Of a stretch of 64,000 nt of DNA, positions 21,087 to 31,618 are shown piece after piece (within the stretch, counting starts at the first letter, position 1; each line of letters starts with the position of its first letter). Made by a program: the position numbers and the translations under genes. The notes below the pieces were generated by a model, which was not told the origin of the DNA, did not search any database, and saw only the letters and a list, made by a program, of their open reading frames with translations. Origin of the DNA: Candidatus Poribacteria bacterium (lineage in GTDB: Bacteria; Poribacteria; WGA-4E; WGA-3G); assembly GCA_963663765.2 (NCBI GenBank), contig CAXXUA010000015.1:256001-320000 (forward strand), in the 5' to 3' direction.

Positions 21087-21764
21087 ATGAGCTACAAAGC
21101 AATAGAATCAAAGTTTATCGCAACACCAGAAAAGGGTGAGGTTTCTTCACTGTTGATCAGACCTGAAAATGCAAAATGGATTTTAGTATTGGGACATGGA
21201 TCAGGTACGAACATGCGCAGTTCAACGCTCCAAACTATTGCCGAAAGATTAGCAGATATAGATTTTGCCACGTTCCGCTATCAGTTTCCATACATGGAAC
21301 GTGGCGGAGGCGGGAGAGAATCAGAGGCGGTTGCGTTGCAAACTGTCCGTTCTGCTGTAGCTGCTGCACATGAGGTTGCAAGCGACCTACCCATCTTTGT
21401 CGGTGGACATTCCTATAGTGGACGCATGTCCTCAATGTCCGCTGCGAAGGAACCTATTGAGCATGTCAAAGGTCTTGTGTTTTTTGCATTCCCGTTACAT
21501 CCTTCAGGTAGAGAAGGAATAGAACGTGCTGAGCATCTTAGTGATGTCACTATCCCAATGTTGTTTTTATCTGGAACTCGCGACAAGTTGGCAAAGCTTG
21601 AATTGTTAGAACCTGTATGCGAGAAACTTGGTGACATAGCAACGTTACATCTATTGGATACCGCTGATCACGGATTTAAAACGCTCAAACGTCGTAATAC
21701 GGAGGAAGACGTTTTTGTTGAAATGGCACGGGTCTTGAGTGAATGGGTGGAGAATCCGTATTAG
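21087..21764 (+). CDS. Alpha/beta hydrolase (KANL3/Tex30-like)
   Basis: GHGSG, GGHSYSGR nucleophile elbow, FPLHP, GTRD, ADH. Confidence 0.85.
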   Translation: MSYKAIESKFIATPEKGEVSSLLIRPENAKWILVLGHGSGTNMRSSTLQTIAERLADIDFATFRYQFPYMERGGGGRESEAVALQTVRSAVAAAHEVASDLPIFVGGHSYSGRMSSMSAAKEPIEHVKGLVFFAFPLHPSGREGIERAEHLSDVTIPMLFLSGTRDKLAKLELLEPVCEKLGDIATLHLLDTADHGFKTLKRRNTEEDVFVEMARVLSEWVENPY

Positions 21765-22725
21765 TCACAGATGTCTCTTGCGAATTTAGAGTGCTAATTT
21801 CTTTGTCAGTGTGTCCATCTCGGATACTAATTGTTCCATTTTTGTCACCTACAGCAAAGGCAAAGATTACGTCAATACCGTTTTCTAAACTGACATGAGC
21901 ATCAGTTTCAAGATTCCACTTATCTGGAGTTGGAAGCTTCTCCATTTGTAGCCAAATCTTATATTTTTCAAGTTTAGGGATTGGCAGCTTTGGACTGTAT
22001 GTAGCAATTTGTTTGTTAGTAGTAATATCCCAAAGCCAAATGGTACCCCTCAAATTCTGAATCATCAACGTTTTGCTGTCGTTTAAGAATTTTAAAAACT
22101 TAAGTGATCCGCCTGGGATAATGTGTATTGATCCAGTTTCACCTTCGCTAAAAAAATCACCAATTCTCACATCTTGGTTAGCAGGAACAATGTGAGTAGA
22201 CCAAGTGCCATCAGAAAGAAATTTATATAACCTTGCAGGACTGATAGGCATTTTAATTGTCAGCAATTGTTCTCCTGTCTTTCCGTTCCAAATTCGGATT
22301 TTGGTATCATAACCGCTGCTTGCAATATAATTGCTGTCAGGCGAAAACTTAACGTTTGGAATAGCGTATTCGGTTTTATCTTCAAATCCTGTTAGCAGTG
22401 CGATTTCGGACTCTGTTTCAACATCAATAAGCCATACCCCTAAAGGTCCCGCAATTGCCAAACGAGTACTGTTGGGTGACAGCACCATATCAGTTACTGC
22501 ACCTTTCCCAAGTCTACGTTTTGCACCTTTCGGTAAATTCCACCGAGTATAATCTGCTTGATCATCTATGACTTGATTGGATTCTTGTACATTTTTTTCA
22601 CCTGTTTCAGACTGTGCTTCTAATCTGTTTTGACTGCTAATTCCAAACATTAGCACAATCAAAACTAAACAAAATGTACCTATAATCAACGGGTTCAAGG
22701 TAATTATATTTCTTACTTGTATCAT
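21685..22725 (-). pseudogene. Truncated secreted WD40-repeat protein
   Basis: Signal peptide, LPKGAKRRLGKG leader, FSPDSNYIASSGYDTKIRIW; only a few repeats; last ~80 nt read antisense through the convergent hydrolase gene. Confidence 0.6.
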
Positions 22726-22950
22726 TGACTCATCCTAATCTTGATTAGACTTTTCCAATAAAGTACTTTACAATATACTCAGACATACGACGTTAATTCC
22801 TGTGCATTATTTTATTGTAAAGCATCACTTAAGTCAATTAGAGTTTTATGTAGGAAATGGGGTGTGTAAAGTTATGGTTACGGGACGTAGGGGCGGGAGT
22901 CTCCCCGCCCGAACAGAAGTTTTACGCGGGCGAGGAAACCTCGCCCCATA

Positions 22951-23084
22951 GGCGTCAATTTAAGAAAAAAGTGTTGGTGTTTCTCTTGTGTTAGGGGTTT
23001 TCAACCCCGATTTGAGAGGAAAAGCGCGTAAAATCGGGGTTGAAAACCCCTAACACAAGAGGTCAAAATCCTTAAATTGACGCT
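22951..23084. mobile_element. MITE-like family B (TIR RGCGTCAATTTAAG), TA-flanked
   Basis: GGCGTCAATTTAAG...CTTAAATTGACGCT flanked by TA on both sides; long internal palindrome AGGGGTTTTCAACCCCGATTT...AAATCGGGGTTGAAAACCCCT. Confidence 0.75.
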
Positions 23085-23087
23085 TAT

Positions 23088-23714
23088 GGGGTGCGCTTAC
23101 AAAGCACTCCTACCAGCGGGGGCGCGGCTTACAAAGCATGCCTGCAGGTGGGGGTGAGGATGGCGCGCTTACAAAGCACGCCTGCAGGTGGGGGTGAGGA
23201 TGGCGCGCTTACAAGCACGCCTGCAGGTGGGGGGTGCGCTTACAAAGCACGCCTGCAAGAGGGATAAGAGGGGTGCGCTTACAAAGCACGCCTGCAGGTG
23301 GGGGGCGAGGATGGCGCGCTTACAAAGCACGCCTGCAAGGGAGTGCAGTTGAGGGGTGCGCTTACAAAGCACGCCTGCAGGTGGAGGGTGGGGATGGCGC
23401 GCTTACAAAGCACGCCTGCAGGTGGGGGGTGCGCTTACAAAGCACGCCTGCAAGAGGGATAAGAGGGGGGCGCTTACAAAGCATGCCTGCAGGTGGGGGG
23501 TGAGGATGGTGCGCTTACAAAGCACGCCTGCAGGTGGGGGTGAGGATGGCGCGCTTACAAGCACGCCTGCAGGTGGGGGGTGCGCTTACAAAGCACGCCT
23601 GCAAGGGAGTGTAGTTGAAGGGTGCGCTTACAAAGCACGCCTGCAGGTGGGGGGCGAGGATGGCGCGCTTACAAAGCACGCCTACCAGCAGGGGCGCGCT
23701 TACATAGCACGCCT
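23088..23714. repeat. Array of 17 REP-like hairpins GGYGCGCTTACAAAGCACGCC with recurring G-rich linkers
   Basis: 17 copies counted; linkers fall into a few recurrent types. Confidence 0.9.
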
Positions 23715-23715
23715 A

Positions 23716-23818
23716 TCTCTTGTGTGAGGGGTTTTCAACCCCGATTTGAGAGGAAAAGCGCATAAAATCGGGGTTGAAAACCCCTCACACAAGAGGTGAA
23801 AATCCTTAAATTGACGCA
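23716..23818. mobile_element. MITE-like family B, 5'-truncated copy
   Basis: Direct repeat of ~22982-23084 ending CTTAAATTGACGCA-TA. Confidence 0.7.
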
Positions 23819-23955
23819 TATGGGGCGAGGAAACCTCGCCCCTACGATGTCCACAGTTCCGTAACGTCAAGTAAGCTTTAATAGAAACTGGACGGACTTC
23901 TTTTAAAATCTGGGTTTCTACAAAAACTTTACACACCCTAGGAAATGAAGCATTC

Positions 23956-23984
23956 TTGACAAAAAAGAAAAACATGTATAGAAT
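23956..23984 (+). promoter_or_regulatory. sigma70-type promoter of GH32 gene
   Basis: TTGACA-N17-TAGAAT. Confidence 0.65.
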
Positions 23985-24075
23985 CTCCATGAAAGAACTG
24001 GGATAGAGATTGAATTCAAATCAATAAGCTTTTATCTCCATGAGTCACACTGACTACATTAGAAAGGAACAGATT

Positions 24076-25422
24076 ATGATTCAAACAGCATATAGAGAAA
24101 AGTATCGTCCGCAATATCACTTCACACCGAAGACAAATTGGACCAACGATCCGAACGGTTTGATTTTCTACAAAGGTGAATATCATCTCTTTTTTCAGCA
24201 CAATCCATTCGGTATCAATTGGGGTAACATGACGTGGGGTCATGCCGTGAGTCCCGATCTTGTTCATTGGAAACAACTGCCCCACGCTATCCATCCTGAT
24301 GAACTTGGTACGATATTCTCAGGTTCTGGTGTTGTGGACTGGAACAATACTGGTGGTTTCCAGACTGGTGACGAGTCAGTGCTGGTTGTCTTCTATACGT
24401 CAGCAGGAAGTCATGCACCAGAGAAGGTGCCGTTTACACAGAGCATTGCATATAGCAACGACCGTGGACGCAGTTGGACGAAATATGAAGGTAATCCTGT
24501 GATTGAGCATATTGTTGCAAGCAACCGCGACCCGAAGGTAATCTGGCACGAACCTACACAAAAATGGGTGATGACACTTTTTCTTGATGGAAATGACTTT
24601 GCCTTTTTTGGTTCTACAAACCTAAAGGAATGGGAACGACTCTCAGACATTAAGATTCCAGATGGTGAATGTCCAGATATATTTGAACTTGCTGTTGATG
24701 ATGACCCTAATAATACCAAATGGGTATTCTGGGGTGCAGGTGGCAAGTATTATATCGGTGAATTTGATGAAACGACGTTCACACCAGATGGCGAAGCACT
24801 ACGAGCAGATTATGGCAGAAACTTTTATGCTGCACAGACTTGGAGTGACATTCCAGAATCTGATGGTCGTCGCATCCAAATTGCTTGGATGAACGGTAGC
24901 AATCCACCTGACATGCCTTTTAATCAGCAGATGAGTTTCCCGTGTGTTTTAACGCTTTGCACTACTTCAGATGGTATACGACTGTTTCGTGAACCTGTCG
25001 TAGAAATTGAGAACATCCATAACTATACACATGCATGGAGCAATGTTACCCTTAATCCTGATGAGAATCTTCTTGCTGGATTGACAGGTGAGTTGTTTGA
25101 TATTCGTGCTGAGATAGAACTCAATGATGCCACTGCTGTAGGGTTTAATATACGCGGTCAAGATGTCAGGTACGATGTTGCAGAAAAGCAGTTGACATTC
25201 CTTGAAAGGAGTGGCCCTCTCTCACCGCAAGATGGCAAAATCCAGTTGCAGATTTTGGTTGATCGTATTTCCATAGAAGCTTTTGGCAATGCTGGTGCAC
25301 TTTCTATGACATCATATTTTTTGCCAGATTTAGAGAACGCTGATATCAAGATTTATTCGGAGGGTGGTCCAGTGACTTTGACTTCGTTGAAGGTTCATGA
25401 ACTTAATTCATCGTGGGTGTAA
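24076..25422 (+). CDS. Glycoside hydrolase family 32 (levanase/beta-fructofuranosidase)
   Basis: WTNDPNG, FSGS, RDP, ECP, FYAAQTW; ATG 24076 has RBS AAGGA. Confidence 0.93.
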   Translation: MIQTAYREKYRPQYHFTPKTNWTNDPNGLIFYKGEYHLFFQHNPFGINWGNMTWGHAVSPDLVHWKQLPHAIHPDELGTIFSGSGVVDWNNTGGFQTGDESVLVVFYTSAGSHAPEKVPFTQSIAYSNDRGRSWTKYEGNPVIEHIVASNRDPKVIWHEPTQKWVMTLFLDGNDFAFFGSTNLKEWERLSDIKIPDGECPDIFELAVDDDPNNTKWVFWGAGGKYYIGEFDETTFTPDGEALRADYGRNFYAAQTWSDIPESDGRRIQIAWMNGSNPPDMPFNQQMSFPCVLTLCTTSDGIRLFREPVVEIENIHNYTHAWSNVTLNPDENLLAGLTGELFDIRAEIELNDATAVGFNIRGQDVRYDVAEKQLTFLERSGPLSPQDGKIQLQILVDRISIEAFGNAGALSMTSYFLPDLENADIKIYSEGGPVTLTSLKVHELNSSWV

Positions 25423-25447
25423 TTAGTCATCAGTTTTGACAAATAGC

Positions 25448-25858
25448 CTATGAAAAAACCGTCGCTGTTAGGTTGCGTTTTCCACCATGATTACGGAATT
25501 CACACAGATAGATTCCCTGCCAAACACCTATATTTAGACTATGGTTAGTAATAGGGATGGAAACATCAAAGCCTACAAGCGACGCTTTGATATGTGCAGG
25601 CATGTCGTCATCACCTTCTATTGTGTGTTTATAGTATGCTTCACGTTCCTTGATGAGACGATCGAAACTATTTGCGAAATCCTCACGTACTGTGGGATCA
25701 GCATTTTCGTTGATTGTAAGTCCAGCTGATGTGTGCTTTAAAAAGAGATGGAGAATTCCTGTTTCTGGTAGATTCTCAAGCGATTTCACAATTTCGTCAG
25801 TGATTAGATAAAAACCACGTGGGTATTCAGGTAGGGTTATCTCAATTTGTTGGATCAT
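25448..25858 (-). CDS. yjbQ: YjbQ/UPF0047 family protein
   Basis: HTSAGLTINENADPTV, EGDDDMPAHIK, GVWQGIYLCEFR. Confidence 0.9.
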   Translation of the reverse strand: MIQQIEITLPEYPRGFYLITDEIVKSLENLPETGILHLFLKHTSAGLTINENADPTVREDFANSFDRLIKEREAYYKHTIEGDDDMPAHIKASLVGFDVSIPITNHSLNIGVWQGIYLCEFRNHGGKRNLTATVFS

Positions 25859-25974
25859 TTGTGTGACTCCGAGACGGTAAAACCAATATTGATTTATGAT
25901 TTGGATCGTTACTAAATTCATGCAATCATAACACATTTCAGTGTAATTTCAAGGAAAATTGGTGATTGAACTGT

Positions 25975-26003
25975 TTGACAATTAAATTGTTGTAGGATAT
26001 AAT
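25975..26003 (+). promoter_or_regulatory. Consensus sigma70 promoter of TA locus
   Basis: TTGACA-N17-TATAAT. Confidence 0.7.
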
Positions 26004-26041
26004 AGTGTATCACTATAAGTTCTAATTATAGAGGTAATATT

Positions 26042-26352
26042 ATGGATAAACAGATTACTTATTGGTCAAAAAAACAAGGAATTGGAGAATCTTATACCTT
26101 CCAAATTCAAGAGAACGGTCAAGGATGGGTAGGATGGATACAAGAATATCCAGAAGTAAATGCAATGAAAAGAACGAGAGAAGAATTGTTAAGTACATTG
26201 GCAATTCAGTTTGGAAAAGTTTTAAAAGTATACGAGAAGCAAGAAAAATGTGGGATAAGCAATTTGAAGAAGACGTAAAAACTGGAAAACTTGACCGATT
26301 CGCTGAGGAAGCACTTGAAGATTTTAAAACGGACAGATGCGAAGAGATTTAA
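26042..26352 (+). pseudogene. HicB-like antitoxin, frameshifted in A-run 26244-26248
   Basis: GWVGWIQEYPEVNA..TREEL; adding one A joins it to MWDKQFEEDVKTGKLDRFAEEAL. Confidence 0.65.
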
Positions 26353-26603
26353 GACATGTAAAAACCCAACGATTTAGGGTACTTTATAACGATCTTCCAA
26401 GTTATATCCAGCAAATTGCAGATAAGAATTTTCATCTCCTTAAACAGAATCCATGACATCCATCTCTAAACTTTAAGAAAGTTAATACATATTAGTCCGT
26501 AAGAGTAGGAATAAATTATCGTACACTTGCTTATGAAAAAGAAGGAACTTACTTCTGGTTTTGGATTGGAAAGCATGATGAATATATACGGTTAATACAA
26601 TAG
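26349..26603 (+). pseudogene. ParE/RelE-like toxin pseudogene
   Basis: LRHVKTQRF...IADKNFHLLKQNP*HPSLNFKKVNTY*SVRVGINYR...WFWIGKHDEY; stops at 26454 (TGA) and 26493 (TAG); no intact start. Confidence 0.8.
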
Positions 26604-26634
26604 TAATAAGTATTTCTGTTTTTCTCAATCCAGT

Positions 26635-27366
26635 TTAACCTCGACCAATATAGAGTTGTCCGACAGGTAACACCGTTGCTTCCAACATATTGATATTCGG
26701 AGGCAGTGTCGCCATAAGGACAGCAGCTTTTGCAAGTTCGTCAACTTCCATCATCGGTTCAGAAGGTGGATATGGCTTGTCCTGAACACGTTCAACAAGC
26801 GTATTACCCGGTTGCAGGCAGCTTGCAGTTATCCCGTGTGGTCTTCCTTCAAGTGCTATGACCTGAGTCAATCCCCATATACCAAACTTACTTGCACTGT
26901 AGGGCGCACTTCTTGGACGGACTCGGTGTGCAGAGATACTGCCAACGTTTATGATCCGTCCCCCTTGACCTTGTACCTTCATAATCCGCATCGCTTCTCT
27001 TGAACAGAGAAAAGGTGCACGTAGATTTACTCCGATCACCTTGTCCCATGCTTCTGTTGAAAGTTCATCTATCGGACCGCCATCAAACGCACCAGCATTG
27101 TTGACAAGAATATCCAAACGTTCATATTTTGACATCGCTTTTTCAAAGAGTGCGATTATTTGATCTTCCTCGGTGACATCAGTAGGCACAGCAAGTACTT
27201 CTGTTCCTATTTCGCGAAGTTCATCCGCAGTTTTTGTCAGTAATTCAGTATTTCTTGCAGCAATTGTTAGCTTAGAACCTTCCGTAGCAAAACCCTTTGC
27301 AATTGCTTTCCCAATTCCTCTGTTGCCACCTGTTACAATCGCAACTTTTCCATCTAATTTTCCCAT
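26635..27366 (-). CDS. SDR family oxidoreductase
   Basis: TGGNRGIG, NNAG, YSASK. Confidence 0.93.
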   Translation of the reverse strand: MGKLDGKVAIVTGGNRGIGKAIAKGFATEGSKLTIAARNTELLTKTADELREIGTEVLAVPTDVTEEDQIIALFEKAMSKYERLDILVNNAGAFDGGPIDELSTEAWDKVIGVNLRAPFLCSREAMRIMKVQGQGGRIINVGSISAHRVRPRSAPYSASKFGIWGLTQVIALEGRPHGITASCLQPGNTLVERVQDKPYPPSEPMMEVDELAKAAVLMATLPPNINMLEATVLPVGQLYIGRG

Positions 27367-28077
27367 ATAGATTTCTCCTTTACCAATTCCAACAAGTAAC
27401 CTTCCGTTCTATTTGCTTGTACCTTTTCATTTGCAAGCCGCATTGACTTGAGATGTGCATGTAGAAATGCTAAATCATCAGGTGTATCAACATCGTACCA
27501 AGGCGGTAGCAGCGTTAACTTCGCTGATACTGTATGGACGCGCTCAACTGTCTGCAGGAATACATGCTCAGTACTCCAAGCAATGTCTTCAAAAGTGTAT
27601 GGCACCATTGTATTTAATTTGTTTGTAGAAAATCCGATGAGGTAATAGCCACCATCCATACTTGGTCCCAGAACAACATCAGAAGTGTTAAGGCTGTCAA
27701 TCCCTTGTGATACATAAGATAGTGGAAGTGTAGGACTGTCAGAACCTACAAATAGTATTTTATAATAACCTTTCTCAGCTGCCCACAGTGTTGTGTTTGT
27801 TAGACGTTCACCAAGGTCAGTGCCTTTTTGTGGAACATAGGTAAAACCATCACCAATTAAATGCTGTAAATCAGATAAACCTTCCGGTGGTGCATAAGCA
27901 ATGATGAAATCTACATTACAAAGCATCTTGATAGTCTCACACCAATCTAATAGAAATGTACGATACAATGACGCTGCTTGTATTGGAGATAATGTTGGAA
28001 TTAATCTTGTTTTGACTTGATTCGGTTTCGGGTTTTTGGCAAAAAACGATCAAGCATGTATCAGCTATTATTTTCAT
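27354..28077 (-). pseudogene. TIGR04282/DUF2064-type nucleotidyl/glycosyltransferase with +1 frameshift in T6 run
   Basis: Removing one base at 28041-28046 gives MKIIADTCLIVFAKNPKPNQVKTRL; downstream QKGTDLGERL, GSDSP, DGGYYLIG, WYDVDTPDDL. Confidence 0.8.
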
Positions 28078-28097
28078 CGTATGTGACAATCAAAGAG

Positions 28098-28814
28098 TCA
28101 AACATTGGTAAAATACTCTGGATGATTTGATGTAATACCTTGAACACCATATTTCAACAATTCACGCATTCTTCTTACGTCGTCTACTGTCCAACTCCAA
28201 AGAGATATTCCACGTCTGCGGACTTCAAAAGCGAATTCCGGTGTAATTATTTGGTGATTTACGTTTAGTAAATTACTTCCAATTGAACCGAGTTTTTGAC
28301 AAAGATGAACAGGATTTGTGTTACCATTTCCACTTCCAATTAACCATCCCGTTGGTATTTGTGGTTCCATTGCGCGTGCTGTTTCTATTACTCCTATTTG
28401 AAATGATATGATAACAACCATCTCAAGTAACTTCATTTCAGTAATCTTGTGGACAACCGATTTAGTAATTGCACTATCCTTTATTTCCAAGACAGCAATT
28501 GTTGTGCCTGTAATACATTTTAATGCTTCTTCCAGTGTAGGGATTGTTTCATCCGCGAATTGTGGACTAAACCAAGTTCCTGCGTCTGCTTGTTTGATAG
28601 TGTTTAGAGTAGTTTGGTTTATATGTCCAGTGATGTTTGTAGTTCGGTCTAATGTTGGGTCGTGAATTGCTACGATTTCACCGTCAATTGTTCCATGCAA
28701 GTCAAGTTCAATTGCATCTACACCAATATCAATAGCTTGTTTGAAAGCAGCACAAGTATTCTCTGGTGCGATTCCAGATGCACCGCGATGTGCAATCCGA
28801 ATCCACGAGTACAT
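28098..28814 (-). CDS. Glycerophosphodiester phosphodiesterase
   Basis: IAHRGAS..PENT, IELD, HDPTLDRTT, WTVDD. Confidence 0.92.
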   Translation of the reverse strand: MYSWIRIAHRGASGIAPENTCAAFKQAIDIGVDAIELDLHGTIDGEIVAIHDPTLDRTTNITGHINQTTLNTIKQADAGTWFSPQFADETIPTLEEALKCITGTTIAVLEIKDSAITKSVVHKITEMKLLEMVVIISFQIGVIETARAMEPQIPTGWLIGSGNGNTNPVHLCQKLGSIGSNLLNVNHQIITPEFAFEVRRRGISLWSWTVDDVRRMRELLKYGVQGITSNHPEYFTNV

Positions 28815-28820
28815 AATTTC

Positions 28821-30260
28821 TTAATCCTTTTTAGTAGTAATGTTGTGTTGTTTTATCTTTTTTATGAGTGTGGTTCGACTCATTCCAATTAATTCTGCTG
28901 TTTTACTGTGGTTATTTGAACATTCATCTAATGCAAGTCTTATGATGGTCTTATCTAATAATGTGATGACACTGTCATAGATTTTTTCTCCACCGTTTGC
29001 GATAGCTGCTTTAGAAATGTCTTGAATGACAGATTTAAGTAATGTTTCCAACTGAAGCGACTCAGGTATGGTTTCTGTTATATTTGTATGGATTTCTGTG
29101 GGTAAGTCTTCTGGTAGTATTACATCTGAGCGTGAGAATGCAGCAGCACTTCTAAGGCAATTCTCCAACTCGCGAACGTTACCGGGCCAAGAGTAATTTT
29201 GTAAGAGTTCCATACCTTCATCAGAAATTCCCCGTATAGGTTTACCGATGTCATTTTGTATTAATTGCAGGAAATGGGTAATAAGTAAAGGAATATCCTT
29301 TTTTCGCTCTCTTAGGGGAGGAAGATGAAGTGAGATACGTTTGAAACGGTAGTATAAATCAGGTCGGAACTGACCAACATTTACCAATTGTCTTAATTCC
29401 TGATTGGTAGCAGCAATGACTCGGACATCAACTTTTAAGTTGTGAGTTGCGCCTAATCTTTCAATTTCATGTGTCTGTAATACCCGCAGTAATTTCACTT
29501 GCAATGCTGGACTCATATTTGCAATTTCATCAAGAAAAAGTGTGCCGCCGTCTGCGAGTTCAAACCTTCCGGGTTTACCTTCTTTTTTTGCATCTGTAAA
29601 TGCTCCAGGTTCGTAGCCGAACAGTTCGCTCTCTAAGAGTTCATCTGGTAGCGCCCCACAGTCAACGGGAATAAACGGCATATCTTTACGTTCGCTACCT
29701 GCATGAATTGCGCGTGCAACAAGGTCTTTTCCGGTGCCGGTTTCTCCTTCAATAAGGACTGTTGTGGTATTACTTGCTAACACACCGATGAGTTTGTAGA
29801 TTTCACGCATCTGTTCGCTTTTTCCAACGAGGTGATGTCCGCGTTTAACCGATGATGTATCAAGTTCTGTTTCAATCGGTAAAGTGCTTCTGACAGACTG
29901 CGTTTTAAATGCGCGTTCAAGAACGCTTTTCACGACATTCAAGTCAATCGGTTTTGGAACAAAATCAAATGCATGTAGACGCATCGCTTCAATAGTTGTC
30001 TCAACATCATCGTATGCAGTAATGATGACTACAATGACTGATGGATGATGTGTTCTAATCTCTGCTAAAGCGTCTAAGCCGCTCATTCCAGGTAAATTCA
30101 CATCGAGGAAAACGATATCAGGTTTGTCTGCTGCGATGCGGCGCAATCCTTCTTCGGCGTTGCTTGCGATGCTGGCAGCATGCCCTGCATCCTCAAGAAA
30201 CTGCTTAAATGCCCAACAGATTTTCTCATCATCGTCAATCACCAACACATTTTTCATCAT
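28821..30260 (-). CDS. sigma54-dependent response regulator (NtrC family)
   Basis: REC domain, GETGTGK, ESELFG..GAFTDA, WPGNVREL, Fis-type HTH. Confidence 0.93.
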   Translation of the reverse strand: MMKNVLVIDDDEKICWAFKQFLEDAGHAASIASNAEEGLRRIAADKPDIVFLDVNLPGMSGLDALAEIRTHHPSVIVVIITAYDDVETTIEAMRLHAFDFVPKPIDLNVVKSVLERAFKTQSVRSTLPIETELDTSSVKRGHHLVGKSEQMREIYKLIGVLASNTTTVLIEGETGTGKDLVARAIHAGSERKDMPFIPVDCGALPDELLESELFGYEPGAFTDAKKEGKPGRFELADGGTLFLDEIANMSPALQVKLLRVLQTHEIERLGATHNLKVDVRVIAATNQELRQLVNVGQFRPDLYYRFKRISLHLPPLRERKKDIPLLITHFLQLIQNDIGKPIRGISDEGMELLQNYSWPGNVRELENCLRSAAAFSRSDVILPEDLPTEIHTNITETIPESLQLETLLKSVIQDISKAAIANGGEKIYDSVITLLDKTIIRLALDECSNNHSKTAELIGMSRTTLIKKIKQHNITTKKD

Positions 30261-30278
30261 AGTCACCGTGTAATGTCA

Positions 30279-31562
30279 TTATGTCTTTTTTCGTGGTCCA
30301 CCTTCTATTGAGAGTAGAAAGTTTTTTCCATCTTCACTCATCTCAGGTTCTGTCGGTTCAGTTACTTTTTCTTCAAGTTTTTTCTTTAGTACCGGGTAAG
30401 AATCAACAATTGGTGTTGAATGAAGAGTAGTTAAAGCGGGTATATTTGATTTTGCAGCTGTGATTGCAGCTTCAAGTCGCTTGTATTTTTGTTCAATTTG
30501 TGTTGCGTCCCGTTTTTTAAAATCAGGTAAGATTTTATCAGCAAAGAGTTCTAAAGATTCACATATATCTTCATGGCGATTCATTCCTGCTTGTTGAATA
30601 AACACTACCTGATCTACTCCTGCATTTTCCATTATTTCTAAATGTTCTCTGACTTGGTCAGGTGTCCCGATTCCTGCCCGGGCTTCTGCTGGTCCTTGTT
30701 CGGATTGTTTATACAAACTCCATATATCAGTTTCACCGGGAATTTGTGATCCGTTGTAGTAGTAATGTGCAAGTGCAAACCGGAAGAAACGCAAACCATC
30801 TAAACCGCGTTCAATTGCAGTTTCTTCGTTTTCATGGCATGAGAAACCTGAGACCATCGCAATGTTAGGGTTGACCCTCTGTGTCAAAGGTGTGCATTCC
30901 TTCTCAAAAATCTCGTAGTATTCTTCAACCCAGAATTTAGCATCGTTGGCATCAATAAAGGCGAATGTCAGTGCGCCTAACCCGTATCTTGCAGCAAACC
31001 GGATGCTGTCTCTGCTTGAACAAGCTACCCAAGGTGGGGGATGTGGCGTTTGCAGCGGTTTAGGTACAACATTGCGAACTGGCATTGAGAAGTGTTTTCC
31101 ACCATATCCTGCATAAGGTGATTGCACCATCATTTTTGCGGTTTCACGAGTACATTCTTCCCACATCTCTCGTTTACACTTTGGATCAACGTTGAAACCA
31201 CCAAGTTCCATGTGAGATGCAGATTCACCTGTTCCCCATTCTACACGTCCGTTTGACACCAAATCAAGCGTTGCGATCCGTTCTGCGACTCGTGCGGGAT
31301 GGTTGTAAGCAGGTGGCATCAGGACTATACCATGCCCAAGTCGTATCTGTTTTGTGCGTTGGCTGCATGCGGCGAGGAATACCTCTGGTGCGGATGAGTG
31401 TGAATATTCCTCAAGGAAATGGTGCTCTACCTCCCAAATATAGTCAAATCCGATTTTGTCCGCTAATTCCACTTGGTCTAAGGCATCTTGAAATATTTTA
31501 TGTTCTGCCCCCTCGTGCCATGGTCGTGGGAATTGGTGTTCATAAAACAACCCAAATTTCAT
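30279..31562 (-). CDS. LLM class flavin-dependent oxidoreductase
   Basis: WEVEHHF, HPARVAERIATLDLVSNGR. Confidence 0.92.
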   Translation of the reverse strand: MKFGLFYEHQFPRPWHEGAEHKIFQDALDQVELADKIGFDYIWEVEHHFLEEYSHSSAPEVFLAACSQRTKQIRLGHGIVLMPPAYNHPARVAERIATLDLVSNGRVEWGTGESASHMELGGFNVDPKCKREMWEECTRETAKMMVQSPYAGYGGKHFSMPVRNVVPKPLQTPHPPPWVACSSRDSIRFAARYGLGALTFAFIDANDAKFWVEEYYEIFEKECTPLTQRVNPNIAMVSGFSCHENEETAIERGLDGLRFFRFALAHYYYNGSQIPGETDIWSLYKQSEQGPAEARAGIGTPDQVREHLEIMENAGVDQVVFIQQAGMNRHEDICESLELFADKILPDFKKRDATQIEQKYKRLEAAITAAKSNIPALTTLHSTPIVDSYPVLKKKLEEKVTEPTEPEMSEDGKNFLLSIEGGPRKKT

Positions 31563-31618
31563 GTGATATTGATGTTTCCTTTCATTATACTTTTATGACA
31601 TTCTGAATGTATCAACTA

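Noticed and set aside
23088-23714. CRISPR array
   Set aside because: Linkers are short (about 7-20 nt), low-complexity and recurrent rather than unique; no cas genes; the repeat also occurs singly inside MITEs.
23169-23990. ORFs listed across the repeat array and MITE
   Set aside because: Translations of repeat DNA with no RBS or recognisable domain.
26454-26456. In-frame TGA in ParE-like gene as selenocysteine
   Set aside because: Not a Cys-motif position (NPxHPSL), a second TAG stop follows and the start is lost; this is a pseudogene.
28821-30260. GAFTDA instead of GAFTGA in the sigma54 activator
   Set aside because: A common natural variant; not evidence of novelty.
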